From positions 272,614,001 through 272,678,000 of the forward strand of contig OZ024743.1 of assembly GCA_964016885.1 (NCBI GenBank): DNA of 64,000 bases, in the 5' to 3' direction. Positions 1 through 16,989 of the stretch are shown in pieces. The notes under the pieces were generated by a model, which saw only the letters and a list, made by a program, of their open reading frames with translations, searched no databases and was not told where the DNA came from. Position 1 is the first letter of the stretch. Every line of letters starts with the position of its first letter. The position numbers and the translations under genes were made by a program. The DNA is from Eledone cirrhosa. Its lineage: Eukaryota.

Positions 1-3000
1 ATCACAACAACTAAAACAACCACGACCATCACAATAACTAAAACCACCATGACCATCACAGCAACTAAAACAACCACGACCATCACAACTAAAACAACCA
101 CGAACATCACAACAACTAAAACAACCACGACCATCACAACCAAAACAACCACGACCATCACAACAACTAAAACAATCACGATCATCAACTAAAACAACCA
201 CGACCATCACAATAACTAAAACCAACACCATCATCATAACAACTAAAACAACCACGAACATCACAACTAAAACAACCACGACCATCACAACCATTAAAAC
301 AACCACGACCATCACAACAACTAAACAACCACGACCATCACAACAACTAAAACATCCACGAAGTCCACAACAACTAAATCAACCACGACTTCCACAGCAA
401 TTAAAACAACCACGACCATCAAAACAACTAAAAGAACCACGACCAGCACTACTAAAACAACACAACCATCACAACAACTAAAACAACCACGACTTCCACA
501 ACAACAAAATCAACCACGACCATCACAACAACTAATCCAACCATGACCATCACAACTAAAGCAACCGCGGCCATCACAATAACTAAAACAACCACAACCA
601 TCACAACAACTAAAACAACCACGACCAGCACAACAACTAAAACAACCATCACGACAACTAAAACAACCACGACAATGACAACAACGAAAAAAACCATCAC
701 AACAACTAAAACAACCACGACCATCACAACAACTAAAACAACCACGACCATCACAATAACTAAAACAACCACAACCATCACAACAACGAAAACAACCACG
801 ACCATCACAACAACTAAAACAACCACGACCATCACGACAACTAAAACAACCACGACAATGACAACAACGAAAACAACCATCACAACAACTAAAACAACAC
901 GACCATCACAACAACTAAAACAAGCACGACCATCACAACAACTAAAACAACCACGACCATCACAATAACTAAAACAACCACGACCATCACAACTAAAACA
1001 ACCACGAACATCACAACAACTAAAACAACCACGACCAACACAACCAAAACAATCCACGACCATCGGAACAACTAAAACCACAAGACCATCCCAACTAAAA
1101 GAACCACGACCATCACAACAACTAAAACAACCAAGACCACCACAACACCTAAAACAAATTACGACAATCACAACAACTAATACAACCACGACCATCAAAT
1201 CGACTAGAACCAACCACGAACATCACAATAACTAAAACAACAACGACCATCACAACTAAAACAACCACGAACATCACAACAACTAAAACAACCACGACCA
1301 TCACAACTAAAACAACCCCGAACATCACAACTAAAACAACCACGACCATCACAACCATTAAAACAATCACGACCATCACAACAACTAAACAACCACGACC
1401 ATCACAACAACTAAAACATCCACGAAGTCCACAACAACTAAATCAACCACGACTTCCACAGCAATTAAAACAACCACGACCATCAAAACAACTAAAAGAA
1501 CCACGACCAGCACTACTAAAACAACACAACCATCACAACAACTAAAACAACCACGACCTCCACAACAACAAAATCAACCACGACCATCACAACAACTAAA
1601 ACAACCATGACCATCACAACTAAAGCAACCACGGCCTTCACAATAACTAAAACAATAACAACCATCACAACAACTAAAACAACCACGACCAGCACAACAA
1701 CTAAAACAACCATCACGACAACTAAAACAACCACGACAATGACAACAACGAAACAAACCATCACAACAACTAAAACAACCACGACCATCACAACAACTAA
1801 AACAACCACGACCATCACAACAACTAAAACAACCACGACCATCACAATAACTAAAACAACCACGACCATCACAACTAAAACAACCAGGAACATCACAACA
1901 ACTAAAACAACCACGACCATCACAACCAAAACAATCCACGACCATCAGAACAACTAAAACCACAAGACCATCCCAACTAAAAGAACCACGACCATCACAA
2001 CAACTAAAACAACCAAGACCACCACAACACCTAAAACAATCACGACAATCACAACAACTAATACAACCACGACCATCAAAACGACTAAACCAACCACGAA
2101 CATCACAATAACTAAAACAACAACGACCATCGCATCTAAAACAACCACGAACATCACAACAACTAAAACAACCACGACCATCACAACCAAAACAACCACG
2201 ACCATCACAACAACTAAAACAATCACGATCATCAACTAAAACAACCACGACCATCACAATAACTAAAACCAACACCATCATCATAACAACTAAAACAACC
2301 ACGAACATCACAAATAAAACAACCACGACCATCACAACAAGTAAAACAACCACGACCATCACAACAACTAAGACAACCACGACCATCACAACAACTAAAC
2401 AACCAAAACCATCACAACTAAAAGAACCACAACCATCACAACACCTAAAAAAACCACGACCATCACAATTAAAACAAACACAATCATCACAACAACTAAC
2501 ACAACCACGCCCATCACAACAACTAAAACAACCACGACCATCACAACTAAAACAACCCCGAACATCACAACTAAAACAACCACGACCATCACAACCATTA
2601 AAACAACCACGACCATCACAACAACTAAACAACCACGACCATCACAACAACTAAAACATCCACGAAGTCCACAACAACTAAATCAACCACGACTTCCACA
2701 GCAATTAAAACAACCACGACCAACAAAACAACTAAAAGAACTACGACCAGCACTACTAAAACAACACAACCATCACAACAACTAAAACAACCACGACCAT
2801 CACAACTAAAACAACCACGAACATCACAACAACTAAAACAACCACGACCATCACAACCAAAACAACCACGACCATCACAACAACTAAAACAATCACGATC
2901 ATCAACTAAAACAACCACGACCATCACAATAACTAAAACCAACACCATCACCATAACAACTAAAACAACCACGAACATCACAAATAAAACAACCACGACC

Positions 3001-6000
3001 ATCACAACAAGTAAAACAACCACGACCATCACAACAACTAAGACAACCACGACCATCACAACAACTAAACAACCAAAACCATCACAACTAAAAGAACCAC
3101 AACCATCACAACACCTAAAAAAACCACGACCATCACAATTAAAACAAACACAATCATCACAACAACTAACACAACCACGCCCATCACAACAACTAAAACA
3201 ACCACGACCATCACAACTAAAACAACCCCGAACATCACAACTAAAACAACCACGACCATCACAACCATTAAAACAACCACGACCATCACAACAACTAAAC
3301 AACCACGACCATCACAACAACTAAAACATCCACGAAGTCCACAACAACTAAATCAACCACGACTTCCACAGCAATTAAAACAACCACGACCATCAAAACA
3401 ACTAAAAGAACTACGACCAGCACTACTAAAACAACACAACCATCACAACAACTAAAACAACCACGACCATCACAACTAAAACAACCACGAACATCACAAC
3501 AACTAAAACAACCACGACCATCACAACCAAAACAACCACGACCATCACAACAACTAAAACAATCACGATCATCAACTAAAACAACCACGACCATCACAAT
3601 AACTAAAACCAACACCATCATCATAACAACTAAAACAACCACGAACATCACAACTAAAACAACCACGACCATCACAACCATTAAAACAACCACGACCATC
3701 ACAACAACTAAACAACCACGACCATCACAACAACTAAAACATCCACGAAGTCCACAACAACTAAATCAACCACGACTTCCACAGCAATTAAAACAACCAC
3801 GACCATCAAAACAACTAAAAGAACCACGACCAGCACTACTAAAACAACACAACCATCACAACAACTAAAGCAACCACGACCTCCACAACAACAAAATCAA
3901 CCACGACCATCACAACAACTAAAACAACCATGACCATCACAACTAAAGCAACCACGGCCTTCACAATAACTAAAACAACCGCAACCATCACAACAACTAA
4001 AACAACCACGACCAGCACAACAACTAAAACAACCATCACGACAACTAAAACAACCACGACAATGACAACAACGAAACAAACCATTACAACAACTAAAACA
4101 ACCACGACCATCACAACAACTAAAACAACCACGACCATCACAATAACTAAAACAACCACCACCATCACAACAACGAAAACAACCACGACCATCACAACAA
4201 CTAAACAACCAAAACCATCACAACTAAAAGAACCACAACCATCACAACACCTAAAAAACCACGACCATCACAATTAAAACAAACACAATCATCACAACAA
4301 CTAACACAACCACGCCCATCACAACAACTAAAACAACCACGACCATCACAACTAAAACAACCCCGAACATCACAACTAAAACAACCTCGACCATCACAAC
4401 CATTAAAACAACCACGACTATCACAACAACTAAACAACCACGACCATCACAACAACTAAAACATCCACGAAGTCCACAACAACTAAATCAACCACGACTT
4501 CCACAGCAATTAAAACAACCACGACCATCAAAACGACTAAAAGAACTACGACCAGCACTACTAAAACAACACAACCATCACAACAACTAAAACAACCACG
4601 ACCTCCACAACAACTAAATCAACTACGACCATCACAACAACTAAAACAACCATGACCATCACAACTAAAGCAACCACGGCCATCACAATAACTAAAACAA
4701 CCACAACCATCACAACAACTAAAACAACCACGACCAGCACAATAACTAAAACAACCATCACGACAACTAAAACAACCACGACAATGACAACAACGAAAAA
4801 ACCCATCACAACAACTAAAACAACCACGACCATCACAACAACTAAAACAACCACGACCATCACGTCAACTAAAACAACCACGACAATGACAACAACGAAA
4901 ACAACCATCACAACAACTAAAACAACACGACCATCACAACAACTAAAACAACCACGACCATCACAACAACTAAAACAACCACGACCATCACAATAACTAA
5001 AACCACCATGACCATCACAGCAACTAAAACAACCACGACCATCACAACTAAAACAACCACGAACATCACAACAACTAAAACAACCACGACCATCACAACC
5101 AAAACAACCACGACCATCACAACAACTAAAACAATCACGATCATCAACTAAAACAACCACGGCCATCACAATAACTAAAACCAACACCATCATCATAACA
5201 ACTAAAACAACCACGAACATCACAACTAAAACAACCACGACCATCACAACCATTAAAACAACCACGACCATCACAACAACTAAACAACCACGACCATCAC
5301 AACAACTAAAACATCCACGAAGTCCACAACAACTAAATCAACCACGACTTCCACAGCAATTATAACAACCACGACCATCAAAACAACTAAAAGAACCACG
5401 ACCAGCACTACTAAAACATCACAACCATCACAACAACTAAAACAACCACGACCTCCACAACAACAAAATCAACCACGACCATCACAACAACTAAAACAAC
5501 CATGACCATCACAACTAAAGCAACCACGGCCATCACAATAACTAAAACAACCACAACCATCACAACAACTAAAACAACCACGACCAGCACAACAACTAAA
5601 ACAACCATCACGACAACTAAAACAACCACGACAATGACAACAACGAAAAAAACCATCACAACAACTAAAACAACCACGACCATCAAAACAACTAAAAGAA
5701 CCACGACCAGCACTACTAAAACAACACAACCATCACAACAACTAAAACAACCACGACCTCCACAACAACAAAATCAACCACGACCATCACAACAACTAAA
5801 ACAACCATGACCATCACAACTAAAGCAACCACGGCCATCACAATAACTAAAACAACCACAACCATCACAACAACTAAAACAACCACAACCATCACAACAA
5901 CGAAAACAACCACGACCATCACAACAACTAAAACAACCACGACCATCACGACAACTAAAACAACCACGACAATGACAACAACGAAAACAACCATCACAAC

Positions 6001-9000
6001 AACTAAAACAACACGACCATCACAACAACTAAAACAACCACGACCATCACAACAACTAAAACAACCACGACCATCACAATAACTAAAACAACCACGACCA
6101 TCACAACTAAAACAACCACGAACATCACAACAACTAAAACAACCACGACCATCACAACCAAAACAATCCACGACCATCAGAACAACTAAAACCACAAGAC
6201 CACCCCAACTAAAAGAACCACGACCATCACAACAACTAAAACAACCAAGACCACCACAACACCTAAAACAATCACGACAATCACAACAACTAATACAACC
6301 ACGACCATCAAAACGACTAAACCAACCACGAACATCACAATAACTAAAACAACAACGACCATCACAACTAAAACAACCACGAACATCACAACAACTAAAA
6401 CAACCACGACCATCACAACTAAAACAACCCCGAACATCACAACTAAAACAACCACGACCATCACAACCATTAAAACAACCACGACCATCACAACAACTAA
6501 ACAACCACGACCATCACAACAACTAAAACATCCACGAAGTCCACAACAACTAAATCAACCACGACTTCCACAGCAATTAAAACAACCACGACCATCAAAA
6601 CAACTAAAAGAACCACGACCAGCACTACTAAAACAACACAACCATCACAACAACTAAAACAACCACGATCTCCACAACAACAAAATCAACCACGACCATC
6701 ACAACAACTAAAACAACCATGACCATCACAACTAAAGCAACCACGGCCTTCACAATAACTATAACAATAACAACCATCACAACAACTAAAACAATCACGA
6801 CCAGCACAACAACTAAAACAACCATCACGACAACTAAAACAACCACAACAATGACAACAACGAAACAAACCATTACAACAACTAAAACAACCACGACCAT
6901 CACAACAACTAAAACAACCACGACCATCACAATAACTCAAACAACCACAACCATCACAACAACGAAAACAACCACGACCATCACAACAACTAAAATAACC
7001 ACGACCATCACGACAACTAAAACAACCACGACAATGACAACAACGAAAACAACCATCACAACAACTAAAACAACACGACCATCACAACAACTAAAACAAC
7101 CACGACCATCACAACAACTAAAACAACCACGACCATCACAATAACTAAAACAACCACGACCATCACAACTAAAACAACCAGGAACATCACAACAACTAAA
7201 ACAACCACGACCATCACAACCAAAACAATCCACGACCATCAGAACAACTAAAACCACAAGACCATCCCAACTAAAAGAACCACGACCATCACAACAACTA
7301 AAACAACCAAGACCACCACAACACCTAAAACAATCACGACAATCACAACAACTAATACAACCACGACCATCAAAACGACTAAACCAACCACGAACATCAC
7401 ATTAACTAAAACAACAACGACCATCACATCTAAAACAACCACGAACATCACAACAACTAAAACAACCACGACCATCACAACCAAAACAACCACGACCATC
7501 ACAACAACTAAAACAATCACGATCATCAACTAAAACAACCACGACCATCACAATAACTAAAACCAACACCATCATCATAACAACTAAAACAACCACGAAC
7601 ATCACAAATAAAACAACCACGACCATCACAACAACTAAAACAACCACGACCATCACAACAACTAAGACAACCACGACCATCACAACAACTAAACAACCAA
7701 AACCATCACAACTAAAAGAACCACAACCATCACAACACCTAAAAAAACCACGACCATCACAATTAAAACAAACACAATCATCACAACAACTAACACAACC
7801 ACGCCCATCACAACAACTAAAACAACCACGACCATCACAACTAAAACAACCCCGAACATCACAACTAAAACAACCACGACCATCACAACCATTAAAACAA
7901 CCACGACTATCACAACAACTAAACAACCACGACCATCACAACAACTAAAACATCCACGAAGTCCACAACAACTAAATCAACCACGACTTCCACAGCAATT
8001 AAAACAACCACGACCATCAAAACAACTAAAAGAACTACGACCAGCACTACTAAAACAACACAACCATCACAACAACTAAAACAACCACGACCTCCACAAC
8101 AACTAAATCAACCACGACCATCACAACAACTAAAACAACCATGACCATCACAACTAAAGCAACCACGGCCATCACAATAAGTAAAACAACCACAACCATC
8201 ACAACAACTAAAACAACCACGACCAGCACAACAACTAAAACAACCATCACGACAACTAAAACAACCACGACAATGACAACAACGAAAAAAACCATCACAA
8301 CAACTAAAACAACCACGACCATCACAACAACTAAAACAACCACGACCATCACGACAACTAAAACAACCACGACAATGACAACAACGAAAACAACCATCAC
8401 AACAACTAAAACAACACGACCATCACAACAACTAAAACAACCACAACCATCACAACAACTAAAACAACCACGACCATCACAATAACTAAAACAACCACGA
8501 CCATCACAACTAAAACAACCACGAACATCACAACAATTAAAACAACCACGACCATCACGACCAAAACAATCCACGACCATCAGAACAACTAAAACCACAA
8601 GACCATCCCAACTAAAAGAACCACGACCATCACAACAACTAAAACAACCTAGACCACCACAACACCTAAAACAATCACGACCATCACAACAACTAATACA
8701 ACCACGACCATCACAACGACTAAACCAACCACGAACATCACAATAACTAAAACAACAACGACCATTACAACTATAACAACCACGACCATCACAAAAACTA
8801 AGATAACCACGACCATCACAACAACTAAAACAACCACGACCATCACAACAATTAAAAGTACCAGAACAATCACAACCACTAACAACCACGGCCATCACAA
8901 CAACTAAAACAACCATAACCATCACTCAACTAAAACAACCACGACCATCAGAACTAAAACAACCACGACCACCACAAATAAAACAACCCCGAACATCAGA

Positions 9001-11860
9001 ACTAAAACAACCACGACCATCACAACCATTAGAACAACCACGACCATCACAACAACTAAACAACCACGACCATCAGAACTAAAACAACCACGACCATCAC
9101 AACAACTAAAACAACCACGACCATCACAACAACTAAAACAACCACGACCATCAGAACAACTAAAACAACCACGACCATCAGAACAACTAAAACAACCATC
9201 ACAACAACTAAAACTACCACGACCATCACAGCAACTAAAACAACCACGAACTCCACAACAACTAAAACAACCACGACCTCCACAACAATTAAATCAACCA
9301 TGACCATCACAACTAAAGCAACCACGGCCATCACAATAACTAAAACAACCACAACCATCACAACAACTAAAACAACCACGACCAGCACAACAACTAAAAC
9401 AACCATCACGACAACTAAAACAACCACGACAATGACAACAACGAAAACAACCACGACCATCACAACGACTAAAACAACCACGACCATCACAATAACTAAA
9501 ACCACCACGACCATCACAGCAACTAAAACAACCACGACTATCACAACAACTAAAACAACCACGACCATCACAACTAAAACAACACGACCATCACAACAAC
9601 TAAAACAACCACAACCTCCACAACAACTAAAACAACCACAACCTCCACAACAACTAAAACAACCACGACCTCCACAACAACTAAAACATTCCCGACCATC
9701 ACAACAATTAAAACAACCACGACCATCACAACAATTAAAACAACCACGACCATCACACCTAAAACAACACGACCATCACAACAACTAAAACAACCACGAT
9801 CTCCACAACAACTAAAACTACCACGACCATCACAACAACTAAAACAACCACGACCATCACAACAACTAATGCAACCACGACCATCACAACTAAAACAACC
9901 ACGACAATGACAACAACGAAAACAACCATCACAACAACTAAAACAACACGACCATCACAACAACTAAAACAACCACTACCATCACAACAACTAAAACAAC
10001 CACGACCATCACAATAACTAAAACAACCACGACCATCACAACTAAAACAACCACGAACATCACAACAATTAAAACAACCACGACCATCACGACCAAAACA
10101 ATCCACGACCATCAGAACAACTAAAACCACAAGACCATCCCAACTAAAAGAACCACGACCATCACAACAACTAAAACAACCTAGACCACCACAACACCTA
10201 AAACAATCACGACCATCACAACAACTAATACAACCACGACCATCACAACGACTAAACCAACCACGAACATCACAATAACTAAAACAACAACGACCATTAC
10301 AACTATAACAACCACGACCATCACAAAAACTAAGATAACCACGACCATCACAACAACTAAAACAACCACGACCATCACAACAATTAAAAGTACCAGAACA
10401 ATCACAACCACTAACAACCACGGCCATCACAACAACTAAAACAACCATAACCATCACTCAACTAAAACAACCACGACCATCAGAACTAAAACAACCACGA
10501 CCACCACAAATAAAAAACCCCGAACATCAGAACTAAAACAACCACGACCATCACAACCATTAGAACAACCACGACCATCACAACAACTAAACAACCACGA
10601 CCATCAGAACTAAAACAACCACGACCATCACAACAACTAAAACAACCACGACCATCACAACAACTAAAACAACCACGACCATCAGAACAACTAAAACAAC
10701 CACGACCATCAGAACAACTAAAACAACCATAACAACAACTAAAACTACCACGACCATCACAGCAACTAAAACAACCACGAACTCCACAACAACTAAAACA
10801 ACCACGACCTCCACAACAATTAAATCAACCATGACCATCACAACTAAAGCAACCACGGCCATCACAATAACTAAAACAACCACAACCATCACAACAACTA
10901 AAACAACCACGACCAGCACAACAACTAAAACAACCATCACGACAACTAAAACAACCACGACAATGACAACAACGAAAACAACCACGACCATCACAACAAC
11001 TAAAACAACCACGACCATCACAATAACTAACACCACCACGACCATCACAGCAACTAAAACAACCACGACCATCACAACAACTAAAACAACCACGACCATC
11101 ACAACTAAAACAACACGACCATCACAACAACTAAAACAACCACAACCTCCACAACAACTAAAACAACCACAACCTCCACAACAACTAAAACAACCACGAC
11201 CTCCACAACAACTAAAACATTCCCGACCATCACAACAATTAAAACAACCACGACCATCACAACAATTAAAACAACCACGACCATCACACCTAAAACAACA
11301 CGACCATCACAACAACTAAAACAACCACGATCTCCACAACAACTAAAACTACCACGACCATCACAACAACTAAAACAACCACGACCATCACAACAACTAA
11401 TGCAACCACGACCATCACAACTAAAACAACCACGACCATCACCACAACTAAAACAATCGCGACCTCACAACAACTAATCCAACCGTGACCTCACAACAAC
11501 TAAACAATCACGACCATTACAACAACGAAAACAACCATCACAACAACTAAAACAACCACGACCATAACAACAACGAAAACAACCATCACAAATAAAACAA
11601 CCACGGCCATCACAAAAACTAAAACAACCACGACCTTCACAACAACTAAAAGAACCACGACCATCATAACTAAAATAACCATGACCATCACAACAATTAA
11701 AATAACCACGACCATCACAACAACGAAAACAACGGCGACTATCAAACAATTAAAACAACCACGATACAACAGCGACAATACATCAAAACAACCACAATTG
11801 ACAATAACGACGATGGCGGCAAAAATAACAGCCACAACAACGACACTTCACAAGAGAAAC
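1..11860. repeat. 27-bp minisatellite array (consensus ACAACAACTAAAACAACCACGACCATC) with higher-order repeats; runs off the window start
   Basis: The unit recurs throughout, with 24-bp variants. Variant landmarks recur at 670-bp spacing (2227/2897/3567) and 1532-bp spacing (8854/10386). It decays into (ACA)n-like sequence at ~11.5-11.86 kb. Confidence 0.95.
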
Positions 11861-12055
11861 AGTACAAATTCAATTCCTGTAAGCTGGTTTTCTCTTGGTG
11901 TTCTTGTTGGTGGATATTTACAAATGATTAGGGTCCTAGTTGACACGAATACACAGCTGCGTTGCTTAGTAAAGAATACTTGGAGACCAAAAGGTATGTT
12001 GGATTAGATTTACTTCAAGAAATACTTAAAGCCAACATTGAATGTAAACGAAAAG

Positions 12056-12205
12056 CACATCACCACCACCACCACCACCACCACCGCAACCACCACCGCC
12101 AGTGCCACCACCACCACCACCACCACCACCACCGCCGCCGCCACTGACACCACCACCACTACCACATTTCTCCAGCATCACCAACCACCACTACCACCAC
12201 CACCG
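12056..12205. repeat. (CAC)n/(CGC)n microsatellite
   Basis: Direct reading of the sequence. Confidence 0.9.
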
Positions 12206-12323
12206 CATTTTTCTCCAGCACAAACACTTACTTTCATTATTGATTTACATTGTATTCGTGTGTTTGTGAAAGTGGGTGTGTATATGTATGTGTGTGCATG
12301 TGTGTACGTGTGCGTTTCTTTTG

Positions 12324-12605
12324 TATAGTGTCTGTACGCATGTGTTTATCAAACAAGCTTATGTGTGTGTGTAAATACACATAGAATTTCTCTGCGTGTG
12401 TTTATTTATACGATGACTCTGTATCGAAACGTATGTGAAGGTTTGCATGGATTGCGTACATGACTATTTTTAACCAAAATATTTTAATCTTCACATACGT
12501 TTCGATACAGAGTCATCGTATAAATAAACACACGCAGAGAAATTGTATGTGTATTCATGCACACACATAAGCTTATTTGATAAACACATGCGTACAGACA
12601 CTATA
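12324..12605. repeat. Inverted repeat with ~117-bp arms (12324-12440 / 12489-12605)
   Basis: The arms are reverse complements with a few substitutions. The inner end reads ACGATGACTCTGTATC-GAAACGTA-TGTGAAG, resembling a hammerhead 3' half. Confidence 0.85.
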
Positions 12606-12619
12606 TATATTACTTATTT

Positions 12620-13230
12620 ATGTTCATAAACGATAAAAAACACTACCTGAGGCTTTCAAGGCCAAATTTTAACCTTCCCACCAAAATAGCCTAGCCTCAT
12701 CCCATCTGAGGGTCAGGGTCATGGACTTATGGACCAGCCCTCTCCATCTTTTCCTGTATCCTACTATTGCCGTACATTCCGCCAAACTCCTCCTGTCCAT
12801 TCCTTAACATCATCTGTATATCTCCTTTTATGCTGTTCCTTGGCCCTTTTCCATTGTATTCTTTCCTCACAACGATTTGGGTAATCAAATTTTGCGCCCT
12901 GATGACATGACCAAAATACTGAAGTTTCCTCTTCCTTACTGTTTCAACCAACTGTCGATTGGCACCAATCTCTTCCAGGACAGATTCATTTGTTCTGTGA
13001 GCTGTCCAGCTAATTCTGAGTGCACGCATATAGCATGATATTTGAAATGCACTTAGTCATTTCAAGCCAGATGCCTTCAAAGTCCACTGGCCACACTAAT
13101 GATTTGATTACTTTATTTTTGGTGGGCTTTGTAAGAGCTCTATCCTTCTAAAGGCTGCTAAGTGTACTCAGGACTGTTCTTGCGGTTGCTAGTCTCACCC
13201 TTATTTCCCAAAATAGAGCGATCAAATTTG
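12620..13230 (-). mobile_element. RTE-like LINE 3' fragment (degenerate)
   Basis: ORF 12727-13029 reads LRISWTAHRTNESVL...KRKLQYFGHVIR, typical of the RTE-clade C-terminal region. Confidence 0.75.
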
Positions 13231-15129
13231 TGACCTAGTCGTCAGGCGCTTAGTCGAGTTTGAAGACACCGTTAAAAGTTTGGAGTGTTAAACTCTTCTT
13301 TATTAAAACTTAGTATATGAAACCTAGTTTCTAATATTAGTCGTATGCTATTCAATAAGTCTGCGTCACACTACAACCAAGCCTTCCTATATAGAGGTAC
13401 TTAATTGGTACTATATTTTATCTTCCTCTGAAGGATACAAGTCAAGATTGGCTTTGGCGTAAAGTGCTGGAATAAAAACACAAGGCATTTTGTCCAACTC
13501 TCTAACGAGTTTGTCAACACACAGCTCTTATAACATTAATGAATTACTCTGTTTCACAGTAAATTCACAGTAAAAAATAACAATATCTGCAGAGGTATTA
13601 AATAACATATTTGGCTAGTCACACTATTGCACTTTTGTGCTTATACAAAATATATTAACCTGAATAACGTTAGTGTTTCTGTGCACCATGATATTTTATT
13701 TTACTCGTTCTTTATACTTACAGTTTTCAGATCCAAGGGCTTGAACAAATCATGTGAAGTTTTCTTTTCATGGATTTGGAAATGTTAGAATAAATAGCCG
13801 AGACATTCTAGGCCTATTTCAATGGATACAACACTATTTCTTACCAAGAAAATATATTGTTTTGGAAGAGTAAATGCTTTGAAAAACAAAGAAAAAAAGA
13901 GAAAAAACAAGAGATTTATATAAATATAATATTTTCGTTTTAAGATTATGGGAAATTGCATTATGTGACTACCTTTAGTAATTATCTAATACATTTATTA
14001 ATTGCATTGAATATTTGTGCAGGAATAAATTTTGTTAATGAATTTATGGTGTTAATGAATTAATCAAATTGCCGAATGTATATTTAGAGACTGTAACGAA
14101 CGTTCATTAATATTTCGACTCCCTTCGTCAGTCATAAATATGATATAAAATAATTAATTGCATATTTAAATGCATTGAAATCAATGAATGAGATAGAAAA
14201 ATCAACAACATATGTACATGGATAGATATATAAAATTGTACTCGAATACTTAAAGTTATATTCTAGACAAATATGGATTTTTATCTATTTAATAAATAAT
14301 AACTAACAAATTAGTCCTAAGGAGTTCGTATCCTTCAGTTGGAGGTTCATATCCAGCTGTCAGTAATGCGATTTGTTAATGATCGAGTCATTTAACCTTA
14401 TAGTTAGGAGTCAATAAGAGAGTCTCTACGTGGTTACTCGACATCTTAGAAATAACTGGCAAACCTTTAAATTACACCCTACCGTTTTTAAAAAAGGTAA
14501 GCCGTATTCTACTATGTATGTTTTGATATACAAAAAAGAGGATGGTCATGACTGGAGCGATTTTCCTCAAGTAACTGAGAATGACAACAAGGTTTTGTTC
14601 TGTGATCAAGTATTTCGCTTCGTTACTACGTTATTTTCTATTCTATCCCTCCGTAAGGTTCTTGGACAAGTTTCCTACACCCTGCAATCGACCAAAGCAT
14701 TACAAATGAAATTTGGTAAACAAAAAATTTTTGGAAAAATGTATGGAAGCCCGCCAGAGAGACTGCTCCTCTTATAGGGTGGGAAACAATCCGTCACCAG
14801 TTTTAATATCTATTCCTTGGCAGACTACTAGAAACCAACGACGGTAACTTTCTCTCCCAGTCCTTCCTCCCATCAATTTCTGAGGACTGTTAAAAAGTCT
14901 TGGGTACTTCTCCTCTTCCTCTAAATAAGCCACAGAAAACCCAAAACAAATCAACAAAACTCCCCGCAGTAGTATTATACAATGAAACTGACAGATGGTT
15001 CTTTAGATTGTTATGTCAAATATATTTCTGCCTGCAAAACAATAGCTGGAAAATTGCAGAAAATCACCCTTCAATATAAGAGATTTATCTCATCATATAA
15101 CACAGGGAAAACTAAAGATAAGCAGAAAT

Positions 15130-15410
15130 AACATTACTCATTGGGTTTTGCAAATTTGAAGTGTTTTGAAGGAGATTTGGCTTCTATTTGAAGCTGGTCA
15201 AACGACCCTATAGAGGTTCTCATTAAGCAGAACTTTATTTGGTGTTCCGTATTTAGGATTATATTATCCAATATGCTCCATTTCAAGACTGTATGGTTAT
15301 TTTGTAAGTGTGGATGGCGATGTGACAGGATGCTTCGATTTTCAGATTTAATCAGAGTTGAATTCACCTTTCGTTCTCCCTATGGTTAATATATGTACCG
15401 GCACTGTTGT
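15130..15410 (-). pseudogene. Possible decayed GIY-YIG C-terminus of a PLE
   Basis: The translation ...SILS..HL....LKWSIL...C resembles the S-x-LS-x-x-IW-x-LK...I-x-W-x-IL segment of PLE endonucleases. It is highly degenerate. Confidence 0.3.
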
Positions 15411-16875
15411 GATTGATTCAATTAGAGAATTGCCTTAACAAAGCGTAAGCAGTGCAAAAATGATTTACGGGTTCCACATTTAACACACGTAATCTGCTTC
15501 ACTTAAGATACAATGAATGAATTATGGGTGACATTAAATAAATATGTTCATGCTGACGTGTATGGCACTTAGATAATACAAATTAACAAAGAAGAGACCG
15601 GTACTAGTAGGGAGATGGCTTTATATGTTTTCTTCACAATCACGTGGTTTCGGATTAGAGCCGAAAGCTAATGTTTCTCTCTGTTGAACCGGGAAGACCA
15701 ATGCCCTGTGTGTAGAATTTGTTAGACGGAAACTATCGATGTCCATCGTATTTATGCAGTGAATAATGATTGGCTTTTTGGATATCTATATCAAATAGCA
15801 CTATAGATTAAATAATGAGATGTGAAAATATAAATGACCGAGCAGATAAAATATTTGTAAATAACCTGAGATATCCTGTGTTCAAATACACTGTATATAT
15901 TTGATTATGTATATGAGTTACATTCAGTTAAATGAGTACCGATCCAAGTGTAGTCTCAGAAACTGACGGAGAAAATATAGAAATCTGTCAAATAGATTGC
16001 ACCTGTAATTGAAAGGGTCAGCATCGTGTCATGCTGATTCAGCCTCAGAATTCCATTGATACACTTGTTTCTGGAACATGCAACCACTTATAGGTTGATT
16101 TAATACATATGTAGTTTAATTTATCGGGGTGCTCATCATCAAAACCGACGGAGGATCTGCTATCATATCATACACAATTCTTTGTATGATATTCCCTCAA
16201 GTTATATACATTTATCTTCCATCTGCTTAACACAATAAAGCTGCAAGACAGTTCGGAATCTTATCAAATTTTCTAATTTTTATAATATTTTTCTATACAA
16301 ATCTTATATACCCGTACAGACAGAAGCAGCATTGCGCCCCAAGAGAATTATCTCAGGTGTTGAACAAATTCCATCTAACACTACTTTTTTAAAATCTTTC
16401 TAGGAGGTTTAACGAAATAATCATCAAGTTGATAGTTTCCGAATTTTCAATCAAGATGAATAAAACTAACTCCTATCTCTGCTTTAGAAATCAATACCCA
16501 TATTTAGAAATATTTAATAGTTTCATAGAATTCGAAAATAGGATTGGTATCGGTTTTGAGAGACAGAGAGAAAGAGAGAGAGAGAATGCAAAAAGCTAAA
16601 TATAGTGAAATCAGCCAAATGCACTACTCTTTGATAAGAAGATAAGAAAAGAACCTTGCTATGTGGCGTGGTCGGTTAAGCCAAAAAAAAAAAAAAGAAA
16701 AAGAAATAATAGATGCATTCTTAATCCCTGTTATACCACAACCCATTTAACTGATTGAGGTGAAGTGGCAAACACGCGTGTGGTATTAAATTATGTTGAG
16801 TTATATTCTAATATAATTTTATTGTGACAAGAAAGATGAAAGGAAAATTTGGCTTCTGCGGGATATGCCCGTAGA

Positions 16876-16989
<114 letters not shown>

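Noticed and set aside
1-11860. Thr-rich mucin-like gene (TTTKTTTTI) or Val/Cys-rich ORFs on the minus strand
   Set aside because: The same 1-bp deletions recur in repeated modules and break the frame (longest plus-strand ORF is 162 aa). There is no signal peptide or unique domain. The ORFs are by-products of triplet periodicity.
1-11860. CRISPR array or telomeric repeat
   Set aside because: There are no unique spacers, no cas genes and no TTAGGG/TTAGG tracts, and the context is eukaryotic.
14100-14136. Minus-strand CTGACGAAGGGAGTCGAAATATT hammerhead-like motif
   Set aside because: Neither stem II nor stem I can form. At best it is a fossil.
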